Assembly (NCBI GenBank): GCA_964577555.1 | Contig: CAZNZM010000006.1 | Coordinates: forward strand, 32,979 to 64,978 | Direction of reading: 5' to 3' | Origin: an uncultured archaeon | GTDB lineage: Archaea; Iainarchaeota; Iainarchaeia; Iainarchaeales; Iainarchaeaceae | Length of the DNA stretch: 32,000 nt | Part shown: one piece after another, positions 24,869-32,000 of the stretch | How positions within the stretch are numbered: position 1 is the first letter of the stretch | Layout of the letters: the number at the start of each line of letters is the position of its first letter | The notes under the pieces: generated by a model | What the model saw: the letters and a program-made list of their open reading frames with translations, nothing else | Database searches by the model: none | What the model was told of the DNA's origin: nothing | Program-made: the position numbers and the translations under genes

Positions 24869-25860
24869 TTTGCCATCACTCTTCCCAAAAAACCTGCTGG
24901 CAATCCAAGCATAAATGCCGCTGTCCTTACTTGTATCATGAAAATTGAGAATAATGCGACTTTCCAATCTTTTCCAGCCATGAAAAAAAAGGATTTTATT
25001 ATGGTTGCAGTCGCAGCAATAAGCAATATTGTGTTTAATATAAGTAAAATTCCTGCTATTTCGTGTTGTCCTAAAAAGTAAAGTATTGGAACCATGAGCC
25101 ATTGCAAGGTTCCAAAGTATCCTGCAATAATTTGCACTTTTATAGAGTCAGTAGTATAGGAATCGCTAATAATCTTGTCAGGGTGTTTGTAATAAAGTTT
25201 TACTCTGTAAAAAGCACGATAAAATTTAATCCAAAAATATTTTATGATTGATTCAGGGTGCGAGTGATAAACTATTGCTTTTGGATTGAAAACCAGTTTT
25301 CGTCCCTTTTTGGATATTTTAAAACTTAATTCAGGGTCTTCGCCAGATGCTTTTGGAAAAGATTCGTCAAATCCACCTGCCTTGAAGAAATCCTCTTTTC
25401 TATAAGCTGCAGAGTAACTTCCTATCCAATCCAATTTGTCTCTTGAAGCCAACATTTTTTTGTATCTTTCTTCAATTTCATATTGCACAAATATTGCTAC
25501 CAAGGATTTTTGTTTTGTTTTGTATGCTCCTTGCACTCCAGCTACTTTTTTGTCTGAAAAAGGTTTCAACATTTCTTTCAACCAATTTAATTCAGCAATG
25601 CAGTCGGAATCGGTAAAAACCAGTATTTTTCCTTTTGCAATTTTTGCCCCATTGTTTCTTGCTGTTGCAGGCCCTGAATTTTTTTGGAATACAACTTTCG
25701 CTCCTAATTCTTTGGCAATTTTTGCAGTATTGTCTGTTGAACCATCATCAACTACAATTATTTCATAGTTGCCTTTATAATTCTGTTTTTTTAATGCTTT
25801 GATGCAATCCGCAATTGTTTTTTCGCTATTATATGCGGGAATTATTATGCTTGCATCCAT
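24865..25860 (-). CDS. Membrane-anchored GT2 glycosyltransferase (Glyco_tranf_2_3-like)
   Basis: IIIPAYNSEKTI, IIVVDDGSTDNT, FTDSDC, SGEDPELSFK and YYKHP, then about 4 C-terminal TM helices. Confidence 0.85.
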   Translation of the reverse strand: MDASIIIPAYNSEKTIADCIKALKKQNYKGNYEIIVVDDGSTDNTAKIAKELGAKVVFQKNSGPATARNNGAKIAKGKILVFTDSDCIAELNWLKEMLKPFSDKKVAGVQGAYKTKQKSLVAIFVQYEIEERYKKMLASRDKLDWIGSYSAAYRKEDFFKAGGFDESFPKASGEDPELSFKISKKGRKLVFNPKAIVYHSHPESIIKYFWIKFYRAFYRVKLYYKHPDKIISDSYTTDSIKVQIIAGYFGTLQWLMVPILYFLGQHEIAGILLILNTILLIAATATIIKSFFFMAGKDWKVALFSIFMIQVRTAAFMLGLPAGFLGRVMAK

Positions 25861-26433
25861 TCAGCTCACTTTTATTGCCTTGATAATCATTTCTTCTTGC
25901 AATTCCTTTGGAAGAAATTCATGTATAATTTTTCTGAATATAAAAGTCCACTTGTTTTTGCTTCCATAAGAATTTTCTTCAGTATATGGTTGGCAGTAAA
26001 AATATTCTATTTTAAAACCGTTTTTTTCAAGAAGTTCTTTAAGCTCAAGATAATTGAACAAACTGAAATGCAATGGCGCGTGATAGTTTTTGAAAATCCT
26101 ATTTATCAAGCTATCTCTGTTAGGAGTTGTTATTATAATAATTCCATTTTTTTTCAAAACTCTATTGGCTTCTTTTACGAATTTTTCAGGATGATGCAAA
26201 TGTTCTATAAGTTCTCCAGCCAATAAAGAATCAAAAAACCCGTTTTTGAAAGGTATTTTTTCAGCGCTGGCTTTTTTGTAGTGGCTTGTTTCTTTTTTGA
26301 CTTCTATGTCTATGCCATAAACGTTTTTTTCTCCAAGTCTTGAAATCAGTTTGCTGTGCAATTCTCCTACTGAAAAACCCACGTCAAGTATTTTACCCTT
26401 AAGATTAGATAATGCAAAATTTATTCTGTCCAT
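25861..26433 (-). CDS. Class I SAM-dependent methyltransferase (Methyltransf_11-like)
   Basis: KILDVGFSVGE and FDSLLAGELIEHLHHPEKFVKEANRVLKKNGIIIITTPN. ATG 26433 is preferred over the track's TTG 26442. It abuts the GT2 start with zero spacer. Confidence 0.75.
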   Translation of the reverse strand: MDRINFALSNLKGKILDVGFSVGELHSKLISRLGEKNVYGIDIEVKKETSHYKKASAEKIPFKNGFFDSLLAGELIEHLHHPEKFVKEANRVLKKNGIIIITTPNRDSLINRIFKNYHAPLHFSLFNYLELKELLEKNGFKIEYFYCQPYTEENSYGSKNKWTFIFRKIIHEFLPKELQEEMIIKAIKVS

Positions 26434-26499
26434 ATTAATCAAAAATAATAACGATTGTTGTTAATTAGTGTTTTGGAACACCGATATTTTTATTGCAAT

Positions 26500-27990
26500 T
26501 CAAGTTACTTGTTTTGTCGCCGCAGATTTTTTCCAAAAATCAATGTCAAACAAGTATTTTGCAAAGGTTTTTGCACCCATTATAAGCCTAGGAGCTTCTC
26601 GCGGCTGTGTTGCTATAAGCTTCAACCTGCTAATAATATATTCTGGCCTCATATAAAATTCTTTTCTAGCCAAATCGCATGCTTCAACAAGTTCTTTGGC
26701 TGAAAGCTTGTCAGTATTAAGCAAAGTATTGTGCGTTCCTTCAGCGGTAAGCCAATCATCCCAATTTGTAGTAGTTATGAATTTGTTTTCATAAGCCCAT
26801 TTGAAAGCTTCAGTGCCAGGATAAACCATCAAAGGAAAAAATTGTGCAGTATCAGGAGCAAGTTTCTTTGCCCATTCAACAGTCTTTCTAATAGTTTCCT
26901 TTGTTTCACCCTTGTTGCCCATCATAAAACAACCATGCACAAGTATCCCAGCTTTTTTTGTATCATCCATGAATTGCTCTATATTTTCTATTCTTGTAAC
27001 TTTCTTTATATTGTTAAATATTTCCTGCTCCGCGCTTTCAAAACCTACGCATAAAAGCCTGCACCCGGCTTTTTTCATCCATTGCAACGTTTCAAGATCA
27101 ACGTCAGCGCGAGAATTACAAGTCCAAGTTACTTTAAGGCCTCTATTCACAACTTCCTTGCAAATCTCTATTGTCCTTTGCTTGTCTTGAGTAAGAGTAT
27201 CATCTTCAATCATAATGTCCTTTACATATGGCAAATTTTTTGTTATCCATTCGAATTCATCAACAACATTTTTGACGCTTCTTGCCCTGTAAAAATGACC
27301 TGTCAAAGTTTGAGGCCATTTACAAAAAGTGCACCTGAATTTACAACCCCTGCCTGTTATTATTGTGACTTCCGGATAAAGAACCGAAGGATAAAAATAA
27401 TCCTTTATTTTCAAGTGCCTGTTATAAACTTCACTGACAAAAGGCATTTGATCCAAATCAGGTTGCTCAATAGGAGGCATATTCGGAGTGAACTTTATTT
27501 TGCCATCAGAATCCCTGTAAGTCAAACCCAACACATTATCCAACGGCTTGTTTTTTTCCAACGCCTCGGCAAGGTCCCTTACAATAAAATCATATTCGCC
27601 TCTTGCAACAGCATCTATTTTTTTGCTCGCATTAAGACTCATTTCAGGCAACGCGCTTACATGGGTTCCAACCATCAACGTAAAAGCTTCAGGCAATGCA
27701 TCTTTAAGCTTCTCAACAACTTTAACATCATTATTAAACGACGCAGTCACGGAATCCACTACAATAAGCCTTGGCTTCCAATTATTCACTATTTCAATTA
27801 CATCTTCAATTTTCATTCCAGAAGCTGGACAATCAAGAAGTTTCACATCATGCCCGGCTTTTTCTAACACTCCTGTAGCATAACCCATCCAAATAGGATA
27901 ATAAACACAACCTCCTTTTGAAATCGCAGGACTCCTGCTTGTCCTTGAAAACCTGTAAAGAAAAGGAGGATTCAACATCAATACTCTCAT
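26500..27990 (-). CDS. Cobalamin-binding-domain radical SAM enzyme (class B rSAM)
   Basis: The N-terminal B12-domain-type region (MRVLMLNPPF...YYPIWMGYATGVLEKAGHDVKLLD...RLIVVDSVT) is followed by GRGCKFRCTFCKW. This is a CX3CX2C motif, with Cys codons at 27343-45, 27331-33 and 27322-24. ATG 27990 with GGTGA 6 nt upstream is preferred over ATG 28023. Confidence 0.85.
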   Translation of the reverse strand: MRVLMLNPPFLYRFSRTSRSPAISKGGCVYYPIWMGYATGVLEKAGHDVKLLDCPASGMKIEDVIEIVNNWKPRLIVVDSVTASFNNDVKVVEKLKDALPEAFTLMVGTHVSALPEMSLNASKKIDAVARGEYDFIVRDLAEALEKNKPLDNVLGLTYRDSDGKIKFTPNMPPIEQPDLDQMPFVSEVYNRHLKIKDYFYPSVLYPEVTIITGRGCKFRCTFCKWPQTLTGHFYRARSVKNVVDEFEWITKNLPYVKDIMIEDDTLTQDKQRTIEICKEVVNRGLKVTWTCNSRADVDLETLQWMKKAGCRLLCVGFESAEQEIFNNIKKVTRIENIEQFMDDTKKAGILVHGCFMMGNKGETKETIRKTVEWAKKLAPDTAQFFPLMVYPGTEAFKWAYENKFITTTNWDDWLTAEGTHNTLLNTDKLSAKELVEACDLARKEFYMRPEYIISRLKLIATQPREAPRLIMGAKTFAKYLFDIDFWKKSAATKQVT

Positions 27991-28086
27991 TTTTTTCACC
28001 AACCAAATAATGCTTATTTTCAAATTTAATTATTATCACGTGTTAATTCCAATTATTTTTCAGTTTAAAAATCCTTTTTGGTACAA

Positions 28087-28803
28087 TCATTTTTCCCCAA
28101 CAATTTTGTTTGCCCTCAACAATTCATCAAAAGAACCAGCATCAAGCCATTCTTTTTCAAGCATGCTTGCAACAATGCTTCCGTCTTTTATATAATAATT
28201 GTGAATATCAGATATTTCAAGTTCGCCTCTGGCACTAGGTTTTAATGTTTTAATAACCTCAAAAACATGAGGCGTATACATATAAACTCCTACAACCACC
28301 AAATTAGTTGGCGGGTCTTTCGGCTTTTCAACCACTTTGACAACCTTACCCTTTTCAACTACAGCTACTCCAGCTTTTGCAGCTTCTTCCCTTGTAGTCT
28401 CATACAACAATATCCTTGCTTTTTCTTTCCCTCTTTCAAATTCCCTTACAAAAGGACTTATATCATCAAACAATATGTTGTCCCCGTTTATTGAAACAAA
28501 CTTGTCATTACCAACAAATTCTTTTGCAAGCCCTATTGCTTGCGGCAAACCGCCAGCCTCATCCTGCACTCTGAAAGTAAAATTCACTCCAAAATCCTTG
28601 CCAGAACCAAGCAAACTAAAAATATCCCCTGCATGATTAGTACCAGTAATAACAAGTATTTCCTTTATACCAGCTTTTTTTAGGGTTTCAATAGGATAAT
28701 AAATCATCGGTTTATTGTAAATTGGCAACAAATGCTTGTTAGTCACGTTTGTCAAAGGCCTCAACCTTGAACCAGTGCCACCAGCAAGAATAACACCTTT
28801 CAT
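28087..28803 (-). CDS. rmlA: Sugar-1-phosphate nucleotidyltransferase, short-form glucose-1-phosphate thymidylyltransferase-like
   Basis: MKGVILAGGTGSRLRPLTNVTNKHLLPIYNKPMIYYPIETL closely matches the RmlA N-terminal signature. It lies directly downstream of rmlB. ATG 28803 with GGGTGG upstream is preferred over TTG 28815. Confidence 0.7.
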   Translation of the reverse strand: MKGVILAGGTGSRLRPLTNVTNKHLLPIYNKPMIYYPIETLKKAGIKEILVITGTNHAGDIFSLLGSGKDFGVNFTFRVQDEAGGLPQAIGLAKEFVGNDKFVSINGDNILFDDISPFVREFERGKEKARILLYETTREEAAKAGVAVVEKGKVVKVVEKPKDPPTNLVVVGVYMYTPHVFEVIKTLKPSARGELEISDIHNYYIKDGSIVASMLEKEWLDAGSFDELLRANKIVGEK

Positions 28804-28819
28804 GCAACCACCCAAAAAA

Positions 28820-29782
28820 TCATTTTTTTGCTTTTAATGGCTTCCACCACCACTCATTATTTTTATACCATTCAATTGTTTCCACAAGCCCATCATAAAA
28901 ATTCTTTTTAGGCTTCCAACCAAGAGCCATTAACTTTGAACTGTCAAGCGAATACCTTTTGTCATGCCCTGCCCTATCCTTAACAAACTGAATTTCAGAA
29001 TCGCTTTTGCCCATACAAGAAATTATTTTTTTAGCAACATCAATATTCCGCATTTCATTCCCGCCACCAATATTATAAATATTACCAGCCTTTCCTTTCT
29101 CCGCAACCAACATTATTCCATTACAATTGTCTTTCACCCAAAGCCAATCCCTAACATTTGTGCCATCGCCATAAACAGGAATTTTTTTACCTTCAATAAG
29201 ATTTGTTATCGCCAAAGGCAAAAACTTTTCAGGGTACTGATAAGGCCCATAATTATTAGAACTCCTTGTAACAACAACATTCAAATCATAAGTATTCGCA
29301 TAACTCAAAGCCAACAAATCACCTGCAGCCTTGCAAGCCGAATAAGGATTACGCGGCTCCAATTTGTCATCCTCACTACTAGAACCCTTTTCAATACTCC
29401 CATAAACCTCGTCAGTTGAAACTTGAACAAACCTCTCCACTTTGTTTTTTCTCGCAACATCCAACATAACCTTAGTACCCATGACATTAGTTTTGACAAA
29501 AGGATCAGAATCAATTATAGAATTATCAACATGACTCTCTGCCGCAAAATTAAAAACAACATCACAATCAACCATTGCCTTCTCAACAATTTTTTTATCA
29601 GCAATATCACCCTTCACAAACTCATAATTTTTTTTCTTCTCCAAACCCCTCAAATTATCCAAATTGCCGGCATAAGTCAACAAATCCAAGTTTACCACTT
29701 TTATACTTGTATTTTCAACAAGCATCCTGACAAAATTCGAACCAATGAATCCGCAACCGCCAGTTACAAGAACTTTTTCCAT
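28820..29782 (-). CDS. rmlB: dTDP-glucose 4,6-dehydratase
   Basis: VLVTGGCGFIGSNFV, AAESHVDNSI, STDEVYG, YSACKAAGD, and the C-terminal DRAGHDKRYSLDSSK typical of RmlB. Confidence 0.9.
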   Translation of the reverse strand: MEKVLVTGGCGFIGSNFVRMLVENTSIKVVNLDLLTYAGNLDNLRGLEKKKNYEFVKGDIADKKIVEKAMVDCDVVFNFAAESHVDNSIIDSDPFVKTNVMGTKVMLDVARKNKVERFVQVSTDEVYGSIEKGSSSEDDKLEPRNPYSACKAAGDLLALSYANTYDLNVVVTRSSNNYGPYQYPEKFLPLAITNLIEGKKIPVYGDGTNVRDWLWVKDNCNGIMLVAEKGKAGNIYNIGGGNEMRNIDVAKKIISCMGKSDSEIQFVKDRAGHDKRYSLDSSKLMALGWKPKKNFYDGLVETIEWYKNNEWWWKPLKAKK

Positions 29783-29832
29783 ATAGTCACTTAAAAAAAT
29801 ACTAATTCAATTAAATAAATCCTTTTGGTTCA

Positions 29833-30759
29833 TTATTTTTCACCAACATAATTCAAATACCACTGAACAGTCCTTTTTATTCCTTCACCAATCATTACTT
29901 TTGGCTTAAAACCCAAAACCTTATTAGCCTTTGAAATATTAGCCGAAAACTTGACAACCTCCCCCTTTCTATTATCCCTAAAAATAATTGGCACCTTAAA
30001 ACCAAACTCCCTCTGCACCAAATCAGCCACCTTAGAAAGCTTCACACTCCTGCCAGAAGAAATATTATACACAGAATTCTTGGCACGTTCAAAATTCTCC
30101 ACACACTTCAAAACTCCATCAACAGCATCATCAATATAAGTAAAATCAAGCTCTTTATCCTTGCCATAAATCACCAAACTCTTGTCACTCTTGCAATTCC
30201 TAATAAAAGTCGGAACAAGCCTGTCACTCTTATCATACATTCCATAAACATTTGAAAACCTAGTAATAATAAAATCAATCCCATAACACCTTTTATAAGA
30301 CTGAACCAAAGCCTCGCCAGCTATTTTTGAAGCACTATAAGGACTCTCACAATAATCAATACTCACCTGATTCTCGCCAAGCTTCCCATTTTTAACATTA
30401 CCATATATTTCCCTGCTAGACGCAAAAATAAATCCAGGCACTTTCCTTTGCCTGCAAAATTCAAGAGCATTAAAAACAGTTTTCATATTATCAAGCGCAA
30501 GCTCAGGCTCAACCACCAAATTATAAACCCTCGCATTTGCCGCCAAATGTATAAAAAAATCCACATCACCCGGCAATTTCTCAAAAAACTTTTTTTCACG
30601 CATGTCAGAAATCATGGTTTTGGAATTAACTTGGGCACTCCATTCATTAGGCTTCAAATCAAGCCCAATCACTTCATAACCTTCTGAAATCAAACTTTCG
30701 CATAAACGAGTTCCAATAGTACCACTACTGCCGCTTACAACAATTTTTTTAGTCTTCAT
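29833..30759 (-). CDS. NAD(P)-dependent sugar epimerase/reductase (extended SDR)
   Basis: KIVVSGSSGTIGTRL and YSASK (YxxxK). ATG 30759 is preferred over TTG 30771. It is adjacent to rmlB, so it could act on dTDP-4-keto-6-deoxyglucose (inference). Confidence 0.75.
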   Translation of the reverse strand: MKTKKIVVSGSSGTIGTRLCESLISEGYEVIGLDLKPNEWSAQVNSKTMISDMREKKFFEKLPGDVDFFIHLAANARVYNLVVEPELALDNMKTVFNALEFCRQRKVPGFIFASSREIYGNVKNGKLGENQVSIDYCESPYSASKIAGEALVQSYKRCYGIDFIITRFSNVYGMYDKSDRLVPTFIRNCKSDKSLVIYGKDKELDFTYIDDAVDGVLKCVENFERAKNSVYNISSGRSVKLSKVADLVQREFGFKVPIIFRDNRKGEVVKFSANISKANKVLGFKPKVMIGEGIKRTVQWYLNYVGEK

Positions 30760-30988
30760 AAAAAAAACCAAAATTCAAATAATTCTCATAACATCATTTT
30801 AATAAAACTTTTAAAAAAAGGTTCTAACACGAATAACACCTGCCAACGCCCCACAATTACATTATTCTACTATAATTTTTTAGCTCAAATTATTTTGTTT
30901 TCATTTTGTTTTTTCACTAAATTTTATTTGTTATTCTAAATCAACCAAAAAATCGGTGAAATATTTATTAAAAAAGGTTTTATTTTTT

Positions 30989-31888
30989 TTAAATCACTAA
31001 TTTTTTGAATTTTATGCTTCCAATGAGCCTGCTTGTTTTGACTGCCAAGACATAGCAGATTCCTAATAGTATTATTAACAAGGCGTGCAAAGGAGAGTTG
31101 TTTTTGATAAAGGTTATTCCTCTTGGACTGCTTAACTCAAATTTTCCGTTGTTTTTCCATAATCCAGTGGCTACTTTAAAGTCTTCTAATGGATCAACAA
31201 GGAAGCCATATTTTATGTGAAGAAAGTTTTCGCAAACTTTTGTAGGATGTTTTTTGTAAAGCAGGACATCGTTTTGGTGGTATTCAAGTCTTTTCAGTAC
31301 GTACTTTAAGAAGTTAAAAACGCCTTTCGGCTTGGTTTCTTTGTGGTCGTGGAAATATTTTGCTTCAACTTGCTTGAATTCATACCCCAAATCCATTATT
31401 TTGAATGTCAAATCCGTGTCTTCTCTGTAATATTTGTATTCTGGGTCGTAACCACCTACTTTGGTTAAAAGATATCGTCTGAATGCTGTTGAGGTTCCTC
31501 CGTATCCGCCATAAGAACTTACAACTCCGACTTTTTGCGAATCAAATCCGGATACTATTTTTTCTAGCCAATCTTTTTCCGCAATGCAATCATGATCCAT
31601 ATTAACTACTATTTCGTATTTTGATTTTTTTATTCCAAGGTTTCTTGCAGCGCAAACCCCAGAGTTTTTTTGATGAAACACTTTCAACTTGTTTTTGTCT
31701 TTGTGTTCAGCGTAGTTGTCCAATAATTCAGAGGTTCCGTCAGTGCTTCCGTCATCAACCACTATTATTTCGTATTTTCCATTAAATTTTTGTGATAGTA
31801 AGCTGTCCAAAACCCTTTCAATTGTTTTTTTTCCGTTATATGTGGCTACTACAATGCTTGCATTCATGTTTTTTGTCATCAAATTCAC
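30989..31888 (-). CDS. Membrane-anchored GT2 glycosyltransferase (Glyco_tranf_2_3-like)
   Basis: SIVVATYNGKKTI, IIVVDDGSTDGT, MDHDC, YREDTDLTFK and YKKHP, with one C-terminal TM helix. GTG 31888 forms a GTGA overlap with the upstream stop. ATG 31879 and ATG 31867 are alternative starts. Confidence 0.8.
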   Translation of the reverse strand: MNLMTKNMNASIVVATYNGKKTIERVLDSLLSQKFNGKYEIIVVDDGSTDGTSELLDNYAEHKDKNKLKVFHQKNSGVCAARNLGIKKSKYEIVVNMDHDCIAEKDWLEKIVSGFDSQKVGVVSSYGGYGGTSTAFRRYLLTKVGGYDPEYKYYREDTDLTFKIMDLGYEFKQVEAKYFHDHKETKPKGVFNFLKYVLKRLEYHQNDVLLYKKHPTKVCENFLHIKYGFLVDPLEDFKVATGLWKNNGKFELSSPRGITFIKNNSPLHALLIILLGICYVLAVKTSRLIGSIKFKKLVI

Positions 31889-32000
31889 TTTTCCAAATAA
31901 TTTTCAATTATTTTTATTATGTTTCCATTTTCAAGTTTTTTCGGCTTGAATTCTTTCGCTTTTTCAATTGTTTCTTCAAGTTTGCTTGTTTCAGTTACTG
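31885..32000 (-). CDS. 3' end of an unidentified upstream CDS (5' part outside the window)
   Basis: The open frame from the window edge reads VTETSKLEETIEKAKEFKPKKLENGNIIKIIENYLEK and ends at TGA 31885-31887, overlapping the next gene's GTG. It is too short to assign a function. Confidence 0.3.
   Translation of the reverse strand, partial: VTETSKLEETIEKAKEFKPKKLENGNIIKIIENYLEK

Noticed and set aside
24869-25102. 78-codon N-terminal extension of the GT4 ORF (MAHGSNTLLFRTTRNS...)
   Set aside because: It overlaps the C-terminal TM region of the well-supported upstream GT2 in another frame. The canonical GT4 N-terminus (MNILQVCNHFHP.VGG) starts at 24868 with an ATGA overlap.
583-29794. Many 60-260-aa ORFs antisense to or overlapping the called genes (for example 583..948, 1747..2196, 3230..3860, 6119..6628, 9048..9503, 13805..14653, 24484..25081, 25436..25768, 26731..27883, 28267..28636, 28964..29794)
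   Set aside because: They are shadow ORFs opposite strongly motif-supported genes. Their translations are low-complexity (F/L/I/K/N-rich) with no recognisable motifs. The low frequency of stop codons on the antisense strand of these genes explains their length.
30816-30852. tRNA or tRNA-fragment (att-site-like) reading of the GC-rich island
   Set aside because: There is no T-loop GGTTCRANYC consensus, no D-arm, and no cloverleaf pairing on either strand. It is too short for a tRNA.
1-32000. Mobile element, prophage or defence-system content
   Set aside because: No integrase, transposase, terminal inverted repeats, toxin-antitoxin pairs, nucleases or ATPase/helicase genes were recognised. 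Every sizeable ORF has a glycan-biosynthesis-type signature or is a polytopic membrane protein.

Overview
This is a gene-dense, visibly AT-rich window (GC judged by eye, not computed) with about 31 coding regions. Nearly all of them belong to one large surface-glycan or glycolipid biosynthesis island. I found no rRNA, tRNA, CRISPR array, transposase or integrase.

Gene content:
- Glycosyltransferases: five GT2 (two of the polyprenyl-phosphate-sugar synthase GtrB/DPM1 type, three paralogous membrane-anchored ones) and five GT4 or GT4-like, one of them fused to a flippase-like domain.
- Membrane proteins: three large polytopic proteins that look like GT-C-type transferases (one cut by the window edge), one stand-alone flippase-like (MprF-TM/UPF0104) protein, and one Wzx/MOP flippase.
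- Methylation: three class I SAM methyltransferases, one of them frameshifted, and one cobalamin-domain radical SAM enzyme.
- Sugar-nucleotide supply: a GHMP-kinase-type heptose module (hddA-gmhA-gmhB); RmlA/RmlB; a nucleotide-sugar dehydrogenase; a UDP-glucuronate-4-epimerase-like SDR; three further SDR epimerase/dehydratases; and a DegT-family enzyme whose Schiff-base lysine is replaced by histidine (sugar 3-dehydratase signature).

Organisation: genes sit in alternating strand blocks. Many junctions are 4-nt ATGA/GTGA stop-start overlaps, and internal genes have GGAGG/GGTGA-type Shine-Dalgarno sites.

Most unusual items:
1. A 490-bp strand-asymmetric poly-T/degenerate-repeat divergent intergenic region (6859-7347).
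2. The B12-radical-SAM/methyltransferase/GT2/GT4 operon.
3. The flippase-like::GT4 fusion and a Gtr-like module that uses a UPF0104 protein.
4. The His-variant DegT enzyme.
5. A methyltransferase broken at a 4-nt homopolymer.

The host lineage cannot be decided from this window. An AT-rich uncultured archaeon (DPANN-like) and a CPR-type bacterium are both plausible. All functional calls rest on motif recognition by eye; no database search was run.
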